From positions 2,232,001 through 2,296,000 of the forward strand of contig CATNEN010000007.1 in assembly GCA_950097015.1 (NCBI GenBank): a DNA stretch of 64,000 bases. Reading direction: 5' to 3'. Shown in pieces: positions 20,700 to 34,240 of the stretch (the stretch's first letter is position 1; every line of letters begins with the position of its first letter). The position numbers and the translations under genes were made by a program. Below the pieces are notes generated by a model. It was given only the letters and a program-made list of their open reading frames with translations, was not told the DNA's origin and searched no databases. Source of the stretch: Macrostomum hystrix. Its lineage: Eukaryota; Animalia; Platyhelminthes.

Positions 20700-23600
20700 G
20701 CGTGACAGGAACAGAAGACAAAAATCGTGGAAAATTCTGCTGGCAATAAAAAAAGTTGTTACAATGTTTTGTACACGAATCGTTATATTCTGGGCAACTC
20801 TCGCAATCAAATTTGCATTCTCAGAGCTGGGAGAAAGCTTGAAGTGCTTGGAGGCAGCATTGTACTCAACTCCGCAGGGCTTTTTGCTTCCTGCCTATTT
20901 GGGATGCTGGACAACAAAGAGAATCATTAGCAAACACGGACACGAAGTGGCATTCATTTCTCGCTTAATTCTGTTTGTGATTCGCTCGCTAGAAAAATGT
21001 GCTTACTAGAAAGGACCAGAAGTTGTTCTTTGAACCAGCAAGAAGACTGCAAGTGATAGTTGCAGCCTTGCATAACAGATGTGTGCACTTTTAGGTGCAT
21101 TTTGGAAGCTTTACAGTTGCGACTGTCAGTCGATAGCAATATTGGCGCCTGTCATTTAGATACAGTTGTGCGAGGAAATTAGCTTACCTACCTCTCCTTA
21201 CCTGCGTTTTTGCGAACTCGGCGTGTAAATTTTGAAGCATACTCTTACGCTTATTAAATACTTTAAGGAAACAAAATAGACTTTTAAGAAATAATAACTT
21301 ACCCATTGCTATAGTCGAAAAAGCTAGGTCTTCGGCGACCAGACGGCTCTCTCGCGTAGGCGTCTCTCCGGAGTCGATTTTATTGTCTAGCAAACAGACT
21401 GCTTAATGCGTACTACTGATTTGTAAGCCTTAATAAACGGACATTACATTTCTTATTAGAGAAGACATTGTAGCCTCGGTCTCTATAAGCTCCCCCCACG
21501 AAAAGAGAACAGAGTGGTTCAACCATGCTGTACTCGTTTATCTCTAACACTCTGGGGTACAATAAAGACCTGGAGTACAACAAAGAATCAGTCCGAAACT
21601 TAGTGAATCAGTCCGCTAATCAACCCGCTAATCTACCTTGTCGATGTGTGGACTCGTTCCACCTCTGACAGTCGTCAGCGAAGCTCCACATCGGTCCGAG
21701 GCCGCATTCGGCGCTGGCCACACTTGCTCCGAGCGCTTCGAAGCGGTAGCCAGATGGACAACGCAGCTCGACTCTCTGCCCAACCGGTTGGCGGGTCATT
21801 TTTGACAGCAGCAGCTGAGCGACACTGTCGTTGCTCGAGCCTCCGGTTCCGTTGACGCTACTCCAGACTGTGGCAGTTGTCAGGTTGGACAAAGGATCGC
21901 AGGGCAGAGCTCTGCAGCTGAGCATGTCAGTTGATCCCTGATTTCCTGCTGCTTTGCTCAGCAGCTTCCAAGAACCGTTAATGCATTGCAGCTCCGCTGT
22001 TGGTGAGAACTCATCGCTAGCATTAACCCGACTCAAGCTGTAAAGGTAAGCGCGAGTTGCCATGAGTCCTGGCAGTTTGCTGCTGCAGTTCACCACGGCC
22101 ATCGAGCCGTTGCCTCTGAGGGAGACGTCAGCAATGAGGAACTGCTCGGACTCGAAGCTGACAGATCCGTTACTGAATGCGTCAAGCAGCAACTGGCTGG
22201 GGCAGTGCTCTGCAATCGGAAATTGAGCTGCTCTTAATTACAGCTGGTTCGAGAAAATATCGATAAATAAAAAACATTTAAAGAAATTAAAAAAATTGAA
22301 TAAAGCAAAAAAATCTGTCATCTCACTCGGATATTCTCTTGAGAAAAACGGTTTCAACGTTTAAAATTTTTCTGTTTCAACTGATGTTTTTGTGATAGAC
22401 AAGCTAGCGATATTTGTGTTTCTTAACTAGTTATATGAGAGAAAATACGAGCATCTGCTTGCAAGAATCGCAAAAACTACAGGGCCTCTAACGGGGCCAC
22501 TCAGTTTTTTAGTTATTTGTTTTTCTAAAGCTGCACTAGACAAAGGCAAGTGCAAATATTGCATGTTTTTTGCTAGTCGGCTATAGAAACGACAGCTTTT
22601 GACTTGCAATTTTCTGGATCTTTCAGGCCTCATTCTAACTCGCATGTAGCTCGAAGTTTACGATCGGGTGTATGAAAAGTGTTACTTTATTTCAAAAACC
22701 TCACCCGGACACTGAATATCCATCCAGTTCAAAGTCAGCGAGCTTGACCACCCAGCGATGCCGGAGCCAGTAACATCAGTGCAGTTGAATAAAGCCGAAG
22801 GCGACGCAACTCCACCGTGTGCGAGCCAGCTGCTGCGGCAGGTGTATCCAATTAGCGTTGCCGGAGGTTGGCCGGAGGATGCGCTGGGCTCGGAATATCG
22901 AGCACTATTAGGAAAGTAGGGCATGAGTCCGCGTAGCGATATGCTGGCAGTCTCATTAGCCAGGGGCAGAGCGGGGCACAGTTGAGGTTGGCAGTCCAGG
23001 GCAAAACTCCACGCAGAGTTGTTCAAACAAGTTGCTGTTTTTTTAGTCTCGTTTATCGCTTCGAAGTAGTACATCGGATGGCACGCAAGCTTTAGTTGCG
23101 TACCCGATTCGTACCGAGTCGTTTTGTTGAGCAGTTCAGCTGAGGTCAAATTGAGGAGATCAACATGCGTTAGGTTCTCGAGTGACTCGCAAGGAAGCTT
23201 GCGGCACAACAAGCTGCTAGCATTCAGCTGGCCTGCAGCGGTCGTCCAGACACCCTGACTGCAAGTGGCAGTTCCGTCCGAGTTGTAGCTTCCCGGTGTG
23301 GAAGTGAAATAATTGCCAGGCGAGCATTTTACAGCGCCCATTGCCGAAGCCTCAACGTATCCTGTGCTTTGAATTGGGGAACTGAAAGACGCGTTTCCTG
23401 GACCGATGGTAACAGTCAGGTCTGATATCGGACAGTATTCTGCAAATAAATATTGGATTTCCCATGCATAATTTTTTTAATGCGAGCATAATGTCTGCAA
23501 GACTTACGCAGGCAAGTATTCAAAGTGAAGGATCCAAGGGGGTTCACGTCCTGCCAGATGCCATTGAGACCGTCGCTACTTATTCGGCACTCGAACGGCC

Positions 23601-26600
23601 GCCATGTGTTGCTGGCATTTGAATTGGCGAGTATCTTGCAGACGTAGTACACCTTTGAGTGCAAGGCAAACTTGCTGGTGTCCCACCCCACTGGCGTCAC
23701 TGCGCCTGTGTGGCTAAGATTAAAGGGTGCCGTGAGATTCATCGATTCAGCAGTCGATAAATTGAATGGCAGCGCGCCACAAGTGACTGGCTCGCAGATA
23801 GCAGTGGTGTTCCATTGTCCTGAAGTCAGGTTACACGCCATGGTTGCCTGATTTGTCAGTACCGGGCTTCGAATGGAATGCTCAGCTGCGCACTTAACTG
23901 ACACCACAATTTCCATTGGATTTCCAACATCTGTGATGAAAACATTCTGCACGGAGCTGCTAAGCCTAGGACAGCTGTTCTCGGGGCAGAGCTGCGAGCT
24001 GCTGATGTCGGATGAAAAATCGCTGGTCCATACGGCATGTGTGGCGTTCCTGTCGCATGTCAACGTCCAATTGTACTTAGAGAAGCTAGAATCGAGCGGG
24101 ACCCCCTGAAGCAGGCTGGTTGTCCAGTTACAAAGCAAGGTCACTTTGTTTTTAGGATAGTAAAATAGAGCTGAATAAGACAACCACTGAGTCGAGTGAG
24201 TTGGATACTGCGCCACACCATTCTCACCGACTATTGATTTTCGCAGCGCTGTGTTGTTGCAGGCTCCTAGGGGGGATGGTGGAAATTCCGTTTTTTCATT
24301 CAGCCGGTCTGTAGATACTTTTTATAAAGATATATGTTTGCCCCTGCACTAAATTCTATTCGCTGTAATATTTTTCTGGTCTTTTAACTTACTGACGCAG
24401 AAAAATGCCCTGCCACTGCCGAGCCACTTCCACTGCCCGTCCTCGCCGCACTCCTGCTCACTGGATGCGCCAGGAATGATGAGGTAGTTACCGTGGCAGA
24501 ACCACCTCAGCTGCGTCTTGTAGACTTGTGCACTGGTCTCATTTCCTGAGGTTCTTTGTGTTCCATTGCCTGCTGTAGCATTCGTCACTACCAGAAAATA
24601 GTCCACCTCTGAGTAGGGCTTAGCTGTGGGACAGGTAACAATTCGGCATTCGAAGCGAATGGGAGACCAGATACCGCCCAGCACGCAGCTAGTCTCCATA
24701 TCTGGCTCAGAGCCAACTGCGCTTGTGTTCGAGTCCAGCTTAAAGGCATTGTAGCCAGTGTTGCACACGTATCTAGCCGATTGGCCGACTGAGAAAGTTG
24801 CATTTCTGAGCAGCCTTTGTACAGGCACGGCTTCCTCATAAAGTACAGTTGCCACTGAGTTGGCCACTTCCGGAGGCGGCTGGGAACACGGAGTGGGCTC
24901 ACAGCTGAATTGCTGTCCTCCAGACATTGTTGCTGTGGTGCAAGAGCACTGGGCCTTGGCGGTGTCATTGGCGGCCTTGCAGAATCCCGATGTATCGGTC
25001 AGGACAGAGTCTATTGGGTTTGAATAGTTCACCAGGCATCGGTAGGAGTAATTGAATGGCACATCGAACGGACTTGTCGGCGGGGTTAGGATTGCATTTG
25101 GCACAATTGGGATGCAGCAAAAGCTGCTAGAATTGTCGACTCTGGTGCAGTTACAGTTCACGCTGCTATCATCCCACACAGCATTGTTGCCACACTGCAT
25201 GTAGCCAACTCGTCCTGAGTTTGAGCAGTTGAAAAGCAGCTTCGACTTGTACGGAGCCTGGACACTTTGCGGGTCTGAATAAGTCTGACTTGTCTCTGTG
25301 CCCGGCGGAACATAGCTGGAGATTTGCATTGTTGGCATTGCGTTTGCTGGGATCTTATCCGGATAAATACAGGATTTCGGCAAGCAGGTGGGCAGATCAA
25401 CCGGTTGCCAGGTACCAGAGATCAAGCTGCAACTGCGTGTAAAATTTGTAGCCCGCTGGCCGCCGTAAATGTACTGGTATCCGGGCTGGCAATAGTAGGA
25501 CACTGTTATCACAGAACTCTGAAAAAGAAATTCAGTTCAAGTTTTTATAATCGCCGGCGCTTCTTCCTTCATTTGTAGCTACAATAATAAAAAGCCTGTT
25601 AAATGTTTACTTCAAAAGCGTACTCTATTCCTGCTCCAAAAAGTTGTAATACGAATGGCACTCACTCCGTCGATGAGGTAGCGCGAAGACAGCGAATTAT
25701 TCAGTGTTGCCATGCCGCGACTCAGCAGGAAGCTGGCATTGTGTGGCTGCGTGCACCGCTTCGCTGGAACACCGGTGAGTGCAGTGTATGAAGCTGCTGG
25801 TAGATCGCTTAATTCTCAATTTCCCAGTGCCTTTAGTTTTCCCACATGGGCTTCAATGTTTAATTTTATCAACTCCCGGTTGATATTTTATACGAGTTTT
25901 GGCTTTTGTAAAAATTATTACGAGTTGTGTAATAGAAAAATAACCTAAAATAGGCACTGTGTTATGAAAAATCTCTTGCTCTATTTCATATTCTCTCGCG
26001 GCGTCTGGAACTTGGTTGTAAAATCTAAAATGCTCATTGTAAAAGCCAGTTGCAACTCTTCCTGGCAGGACTGTAGAATTCTTTCGAAAAAGCTGACTTC
26101 AAACAATTTCAAGTGCAAGGGCCTTTAGAAGGTTAAGCAATGTTCTATTTCAATACAATCAGACAAACTAAATGTGTTTCCTGTCATACTTTTTAAGATG
26201 GTTCCTTAATTTTCTGTCAATTTTCACTTTTTCTGCTACTCAGTTCTCTGTATTTCGCACCGAACCAGGCGCCAGAAGCCCAGATCCCCTAACTTTTTCG
26301 CTGTGGTATAAAGTTCATTTAGTACTTGGTTCGTTTGTGGTTGAATGAAAGCTTATTTCGTCCGACAGTAGTGAGCCCAAAGACAAGTGCTTCGGGCATT
26401 TGACAGAGGGTTAGTGAGAATCCAAGCTAGGCGAAACAATTTGTGTATTTGCTGATGGTGCCAAAATCAACTGGGATAGAAATTCGGTTGAATACGGTGG
26501 CCCCCACAGTCTATGGACTGTACGCAGTCTTATTTTTCGAATTCCATTACAGATTACAAATGGAGATCATTTTTATGATTCTAGCTCGCATTTAGAATTT

Positions 26601-29360
26601 CAGATTTCAAATTTTCACTACGCTGTAACTTTTATATTATTTTCTTTTTTTCTTTTTGAACAAAACAAACGTCAGCTGGGCTTCCTGCCGAAGCAACAGT
26701 TGTAAATAAAAAAAATGCTGACTCAATCAATCGGGTTTTCAGAAAAAAACTAGTTTAGCGGCAGGCGGTAATGTTGAATTCCGATGCCTAATACACTTTG
26801 AGAACTTTTCTTTATGCAAATCAAATCGGAATTTCCTCGAATTCTGGCGTGCATAAAAAATTCCTTTAAATTAGTCGATCAAAACTCTCGAATAAAATTT
26901 TAGGTGCAGGATTAAAACCTTTTCCTTGGTCATTGACTCATTGGTAACTAATTCATCAGTCTCGCGATGGCTAGTATATCAATAATGCTGGAACACTCGA
27001 ACGCATTTTTAACGAAATTACGGATCTCACTACCAGCAGTGGCGGGAAACATCGGTTATAACAATTTAGCTATTGATCTAGAACACCGCCGATTTCATCT
27101 TAGATGAAGCCACGCTACAACACACACAATCGTGGCTTTGCACACAGCTGTCTTGATTTTATCATCACCAGAGAGATTTCGGTTTGAGCTACTGATGGCT
27201 GCACGGTACCTAAAAAGTCCTGACATTGCAACCCTTTGTAGTTGCAACTAAAACAAATGTTGGTGCTAAGGATAGGCACCCCAGACCCTTTGAAAATCAA
27301 ATAGCTCGATGTGCGTTACTGCTATCATCGTGATTTGCTCAACACTCTCGAGTGAACTAATAGGTCACGAACACACGATAACACGGTTTAAGCTATTTTC
27401 GATACCTACCAACGCAAAACGTAGTGTCTCCGGTGACTAAAAGCCTCCTCGAAGGCAGGATACCATTCACGTTGTAGGCAAAGACCAAACGGTAACTCTT
27501 GGTTGGCTGCACGTCATTTAGCAACTTGTAGTCATCAAACCATTTCTTAGGTCTAATTGGATCGGTGTTAAATTCCAGCATGCTTTTGTAGCCACCAGAG
27601 AGAATGTTGCCGCCGTCAAGGACACTCAGAAAATCGCTCTGAATCAGCATAATTGAGATAAGATGATCGTTGTAACTCGACGGTACCACGCGCAGTAGCG
27701 ATCTGAATCGAACAAGCCGAGATTGTTTTAGACAATTTTCACGATAGACAAGATAAATATTCATGAAAATTGTTGATTGAAAGAAATTTTCCCATGCTTA
27801 GGTATCTTGCATCTTGATTTACTTAGAATTTAATTGGTGTACAGTAGGCTCAGTTCATTTCATATATTCGCACTGGGTTCATATAAAAAATCTACGAGTA
27901 AATACGCTCGCAACCTCTCCTTATGCATTCTACTAAGCCAACTCACAGAAATGTGTCAACAGAGTTGGTATCGTCCAGCTTGGGCAGTTCACAGCTAAGT
28001 AACAGCTGGTCTAGCAGGGTGGCGATTGAGAACTGAGACCGATAGAGGCAGAGACATGCTGTTGGAGCGTCTGGAGAGTTCGCGATGCAGCTTCGGTTTT
28101 CATCGGCTGCAATTGAAGAAATCATATTTTTTGCTTAAATCTGCGGTTAGATGATAACGCGACGCGCTTGGAATTATCAGAACAGACTAATAACCAGATT
28201 AGCCTTCTCGCAGAATTTTGGTTGCTGAAAATTATACATGTACAATAATTCAACTGACGCTTCATTTGTAAAACAACATCTGCAGCTAGCAAACAATCAA
28301 TCAACCTCCTATATGCCCTGGCCACATGTGCACCGTCTTACAGATACGTTATGAACAGATCATCAACGTTGCGAACTGGTTGGGAATGTCGGAGACATCT
28401 TTTTCATCTTCGCCGGCCTCCATTATGATGAAGCTGGCTAAAACTTCCATTTTAACATTTGTAATGTTCAAAATAATTATGCTGATGCTGAGGCAGTTTT
28501 AAAGCCTGGGGCAAATTTACCGAGAGGCACAGCTACTCACAGGTACAATCAGTTGATGCCCAACAGATGGGATGCACCAGCCGCGAGTGATCAGTTAGAA
28601 GGAACTCAAACTGGCAGCTGGAGTTCTCGCCGCTGCTGTAGTTGGCGCCGCTACAAGCGAGCAGCCGCATGACCACCAGGTTACTCGTACTGCCATCAGC
28701 AACGTATGCGTTGTCCTTCGCCGCCCAAGGAATAGTCGTCCGATTCTCTCCTAGTGAGCCTATTTCAAATAGTTGACCTGTGAAGCCCCATCGGAGACTG
28801 CTGCGGTTCAGCTGGGGAGTGCCTGGCGGCTGGGCAGCGTGTTGAATGTCCGTCATGAGTGTCTTGCCGGAGAGCCACACGGCAAACGATGTGCTAAAAT
28901 TTATCAAAGTTTATGATAAGATATGTAAATCGATCGTTTCATTTTCACTGGATCGAGCAAGTCAGCAGACGATACACCATGTAGTCTAAGAGCAAGTACG
29001 AGCTAGATATCTCAGATATTTCATCCGGAAATATAAAGTAAAGGAGCTAGACACGAGATATGCAAGTGGGCAAGCTCAAGCTCACTTGATGGATAGCAGG
29101 CGGATCAGAGGATCAAGATACTCGGCGCTGTCGATGATGCGAAACGGCGTAACGCCGTCAACCTCGGTGCTCAAGCAGGCCGGTCGCTGGAGTGAATAGT
29201 TCCATTTGGACTCCGCAAATTGTTCCAGATTGAGGACATACTCAAAGTTGTTGTATTGCACCGAGTTAAGGTAGAAGTCCTGCCCAGAGACATGCGAATG
29301 CTGCGAGCAAATTATCACAATTAACACAATCAAATCAGTTCGGAGCTGATTGAAAGTCAT
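20700..29360 (-). CDS. Large multi-exon protein with signal peptide and about 13 Sushi/CCP (SCR) repeats; 3' end not resolved
   Basis: ATG at 29360 with hydrophobic leader (LIVLIVIICSQHSHVSG). In-phase GT-AG exons include 29360-29087, 28893-28541, ~28108-27947, ~27710-27411, ~25830-25667, 25518-24393, 24308-23508, 23439-22705, 22227-21637 and 21386-21303. Repeated C-P...YxCxxGY...CxxxGxW...C patterns (e.g. YVCNTGY...SCVLGGIWSPIRFEC). Exons between ~25850 and 27300 and below 21300 are only partly resolved. Confidence 0.8.
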
Positions 29361-32300
29361 GGAACAATAAATATGTTGCGCAGCTAGTGAGAAACAATTA
29401 TTATATGTGTTCTACAGTGAAAATGTTGATCTTAATTAAACATGGATTCACTAGAATACGTAGGTTCATGCCCACCTTTATCCTGCTTTGAATCCATGAT
29501 CACAGATTCTGATTGGTCGGTAACTTCAATTTGCTACTTTCACAACTTATAATACTGTACTTGAAGTCAATCAGCACTCTTCAGCGCAGTGAAGCAGCTG
29601 AAGCTTGTCAAATGATCGGGTAGTGCTAAAGCAGGGCATGCCAGGGCGTGCATAGTCGTTTATAATAATTGAGCTTGATACCCTACTTCATCCTACTTCA
29701 TTATCATTCATTCAGCTCACTTTCAAATCGATCGTTCAGTAGTTCATTGGCATGTACGTCAAATGAATTCGATACTTCTCACTGCTCAGGCCCATGAGCA
29801 TGCCCATTATATCCTTAGGGGCTAGGGGTGTAATATTGCTAGGGGCCAGCGGTTTCTGGCTGCGCTGGGTCAAGGGGGTCCTTGGTCGATTACTTGATTA
29901 CAATGATTCGAAGAAGAATCACTGGAGTCTAAAAGTATAACAAACCTGGTCAGCCCCCTCTTACATCAATTGCATTCTTTGCCTTGCCCCGATTAAGCGC
30001 GCGTAATATTTGTAATTGTACTTTTTTTCTGCCATTCAGTTGCATTACATTGGCGGCCATCAAGCGCAATTTTTTTCTGGAGCATGTGCATGTACAGCAC
30101 AGCTCACTCTGGCATCACAGCTTGCTAACGATCGCATCTCTCTTGCATTACAATATATGCTTGGAGAAACCGATTACTCGACTAATTACTTAGCTCAGCT
30201 GCAGTCGCTGTCAGAAAGCGTACATAGCTTTGACAAACTCACGTCTTCTTTCATCATTACAAGCAGTTTCATGCAGGTCAAGTATAATGCAACCACTCGC
30301 CGTCCTTGACAGCTTCCGGTGTCAACCTTTAAAGACCTGCATGGCACCTGCAATGAATACAACTCATCAAAGCAGGGCTATTTTGAGCTGGTCAGTCTTG
30401 CAAACTGCATAAAATACGTCTCTTAAAATAAACACATGATTGAGAACAGTTCAAACATCCGGTAAATTGTTATGCGAATTTCTGACCGTCATCAAAGTCT
30501 CTTATTTGAGCCCCACAAACGTTCTATTGTCCTGTAGTTTGGTGCAGAGCCGTCTCCATAGTGACAAAGGATTGACCGCGGTGGCCTTGTCAAATTAGGC
30601 GGTAATTGCTGTTAATTAGCAGACTAGCCTTCCCTTGCCCCACGTCTGCGCGTCAATGCGCAAAATCTGATAGACGACAGCTGAGAAATTACTGTCGTAT
30701 CTAGCTCGTATATCTAACTTAGCTATGGGATGCACAAACTGTGTTAACAATGAAATAAGAAACACATTTTTAACACATGTAGATTTATTTTTCTCCAATC
30801 AAATTTATAAATGAAAGGAATTAAAGAATTGCTCAAAGGAATTGTTGAATTACTCATATTGTAATATCGAGTAAGTAAAAAGTAAGTAAAAAAATAATAT
30901 TTAGTGTGGTACGGACAGCTTGCCATTTTCTGTACTTTTCAATTCAGGGAGATCAGAATAAACTCCACACTTCTTCAGTGTCAAAATTATGAGTGCATTT
31001 TTGGTGCAATCACTGTCATTGCAACGTACATCCTGCAACGTAAATCTGCAGAATACCTATACGAGCTAATTTGCTAATTATTAGATACTCTAGATACCAA
31101 TCGGTCAAATGAAATCACATTGCATTGCTGGCAAAATTGAGCGAAAAACATAAAGATTTGATACAAAATAACACTGCTTGAAGTAGACGACTACATGACT
31201 ACTGCACACGGACTACGATCATGGATGACTACGCAAGGAAATTGTATACAATATACCTTGGCAAAAAGACCCATTGACCATTTTACAAAACATACAGATA
31301 GTCAGTATCCTTACAGCAATTAACAGGTTGTGCAACCCCTACAGAGATGAGTGACAATAAGGTTGCAACCCCGATGAGTTCGTGGGAACTTAGCACCTAG
31401 CTCACTTCTCTCCGAATAGATTTGTTAAGGGCTATTTGTCAAGTACACGTATAAGGGCTATATTACACGATAATATATGTAGTGTAAATATTATATAATA
31501 AATATTAAATGGAATAAATATATCCATATTTTTTATACAAATAGATAATATTACGCTTATCTCGCCTTGTAGGTCCGCTTCGACAGTCACGTAGACGTCG
31601 ATCTACGTGATAAATCATGACTCAAACTTGAATATTGTGTCACTGTGCAAGACATCGGCAGAAAATTGCTTAGGATAATATATTTGCAACAGAAATATAT
31701 ATCATCAGGCAGTCAGTGATCATAGGGTGTTTGAATGGAGTACGCATTTGTTTTACCGTGCGTTACAACTTAATTTCTAGTAAAATTACTTAAACGATCG
31801 ATCCGCTCGGGATATTGTCTTTAAGTCGAGTTTACTGTAGGCCTACACAAGTTATTGTTTGTGAGAATTCGACCAATGAATTGTTCTTAATGAATTGTCC
31901 GTATCCGATAAATTAATATATAGGCCTATTTTTTAAATTAAGCTTGTCGCTAAAGTCACATTGTCACTTTCACATTGATTTAAGGAACAAACTGTTGGGT
32001 AGAAAAAAGCTCTAATTTTAATGAATCTTGCATTGGTGGCTGTTTTATGCAAAAAACTGAATGCCACTTATGGTTACGAAGACTAGATATTTGAATATAA
32101 ATTACCTGAAATCGCCCAGTCTTTGCTGTTTGGTGCTCAATTTTGCTATTTAGCTTCGTTAGTTAACTACCTGATTGAATAGGCCTAGCACTAGCTGGGC
32201 CTAATTAGGGCCTACCTAGCTAGCTAATGTCAAATGGACTCAAATGATTGTGGCCTGCACTTTTACTTCTGTACAGGCTACCGTTTTTTAATGAACTAGA

Positions 32301-32395
32301 CCTAGTTAGCAAAATAGCAATTTTTATGTCAATAAACTGTGTTAACAATGCAATAATCCCATGCTTATTTTAGTGCTTAAGTGCTTTAGTGCTTT

Positions 32396-33079
32396 AGTGC
32401 TTATTCCCATGGTCCCATGCCGATAATTTCAATTTTATCCACATGGATCCATGCCGATAATTTCTGCTTATCCACACGGCAGCTTGTATGAATAGGTCTA
32501 CTTTCAAATCCCTACTTATTCTTCTCTGAGCATAAGGCTTTTGCTTTAGAGTATAGTGTATTATAGTGTACACTATCAATGCATAGTGTAAAAGAATACC
32601 AATGATGTATAATGTGTGACGAGTTTGGTGCTGACTAGAATTCTGCTGGTTGACTCATATGATTTTCTTTGATAGACTTTTTACTTTATAAGTCAATACA
32701 ATTTGAATGAAAACAAGTAATGATGACAAAAGATTTAGTAATTTGTTATTACAATAATTAAAAAGGATGACATTAATGTTGGTTAGGCCTAATGAATGTG
32801 TAGGTCGAAATGTAGAACACTGTTGTAACGCACTGTCAACTTTGTCAATCTATTGGCTCGAGGGTTCAACAAAACGTTCAAACCCAAAAGGTCCTCATTT
32901 CAAAGAACAGTCTAACTGTGTGGATGAAATTTCAGAAATTAACGGCACAGCATATTTATATAATGAGTTTTAGACCTATTCATACAAGCTGCTGTGTGGA
33001 TAAGCAGAAAATTATTGGCATGGATCCGTGTGGATAGAATTGAAATTATTGGCATGGGACCGTGGGAATAAGCTCTGCC
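32396..33079. mobile_element. Non-autonomous foldback/MITE-like element, copy 2 (inverted relative to copy 1)
   Basis: Reverse complement aligns by eye along its full length with 1870-2548, with the same ~100-bp inverted repeats. Confidence 0.75.
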
Positions 33080-34240
33080 CAATAAAATACATAGCTAAGG
33101 CCTAGGTCCATGACTATATGCCTACCTGTATTAATTTTAATAATATGGCTATTGAGGGGCCTCGACCCATGTCTTTGCATCCTCCCAAAAAATGCGCAAC
33201 CTCCCAAATCTTAGCCGGCCGTGCGACTTAGTTTTTGCTCTTATTAGTGACTTAGTTCATTTCATTGCTCTATTTACAACTTAGTTTGCTCTCATTTGCT
33301 ATCTTTTTCTCTCTTTTTACTTTTCTTCACGCCTTCCTTTTTTGTCCCTTGGTCCCCCCTTTGATTTTTTTGTGCTTGGTCGATTGGTTTTTCGACTTAG
33401 CTTGCTTGGCCCTCATTTCACCTGGCCAGTTTGGCCGGGTCGGCCGGGTGTTGCGCATGTATGTGGCTTCTGTGTTGCCATTGCACTTTAGCAATTTATT
33501 TTCTAGAGCTTAAAAAATTCACAGTATTACATGAAAGCTAGTGAAATATGACCTAATTGTCCAATCCCAGTATACATGATAAAATATTAACTAACAGTAA
33601 ATAAAATTAAGTGGAACTAGATTAGTTAGATCACTTAAATACTAATATGCAACTCTCAATTAGAAATAATTTTTTTTAATGGAAAAACAGTTCTGCAGTT
33701 CATTCACTATTTCTGGAACAAAGCAAATTTCAAACTTCAAACAAATTTCAGACAGAAACACCAAAAGGTTGATCCATTTTAAAAGACTAAACATGTTTAA
33801 AAAATAACAATTACACATTATCACAATGTCTGGTCAAGCCCTCAAATATCACAGCTATTTAGTCTGTGGACTAGGATTGCCACAGATATCACAGTTTGTA
33901 CCCCAGCTTATCCTGAGTAATCAAATTTTATATTGAATCATAAATTTGGCAAACGGAAGCAATGGGGAATTTAATGTCTTGCACAAGGACAACACTGTTT
34001 CCTGTGGACTGATAGTTAAATCCCAAACCTGTAAGCCAACCACTAAGCTATCTGCTCCCTATTAGCCATATTCACTGAAAGCCATGTGGCATTATAAGGC
34101 TTATAATATTATAATCATCTGTAATATCGTTTATTCCAGTGCTCTACTATTGACATAGCAGACAAAATAAAGTTAGCATTTAAGAAGAGGCGGCTTGAAT
34201 AAACAGTAACTGTGACTTGAGTAAAGTGAGTGAATTAGCC

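Noticed and set aside
29900-32300. Short ORFs and palindromes in the AT-rich intergenic region (also 12850-14150)
   Set aside because: There is no consistent exon chain or recognisable protein motif.
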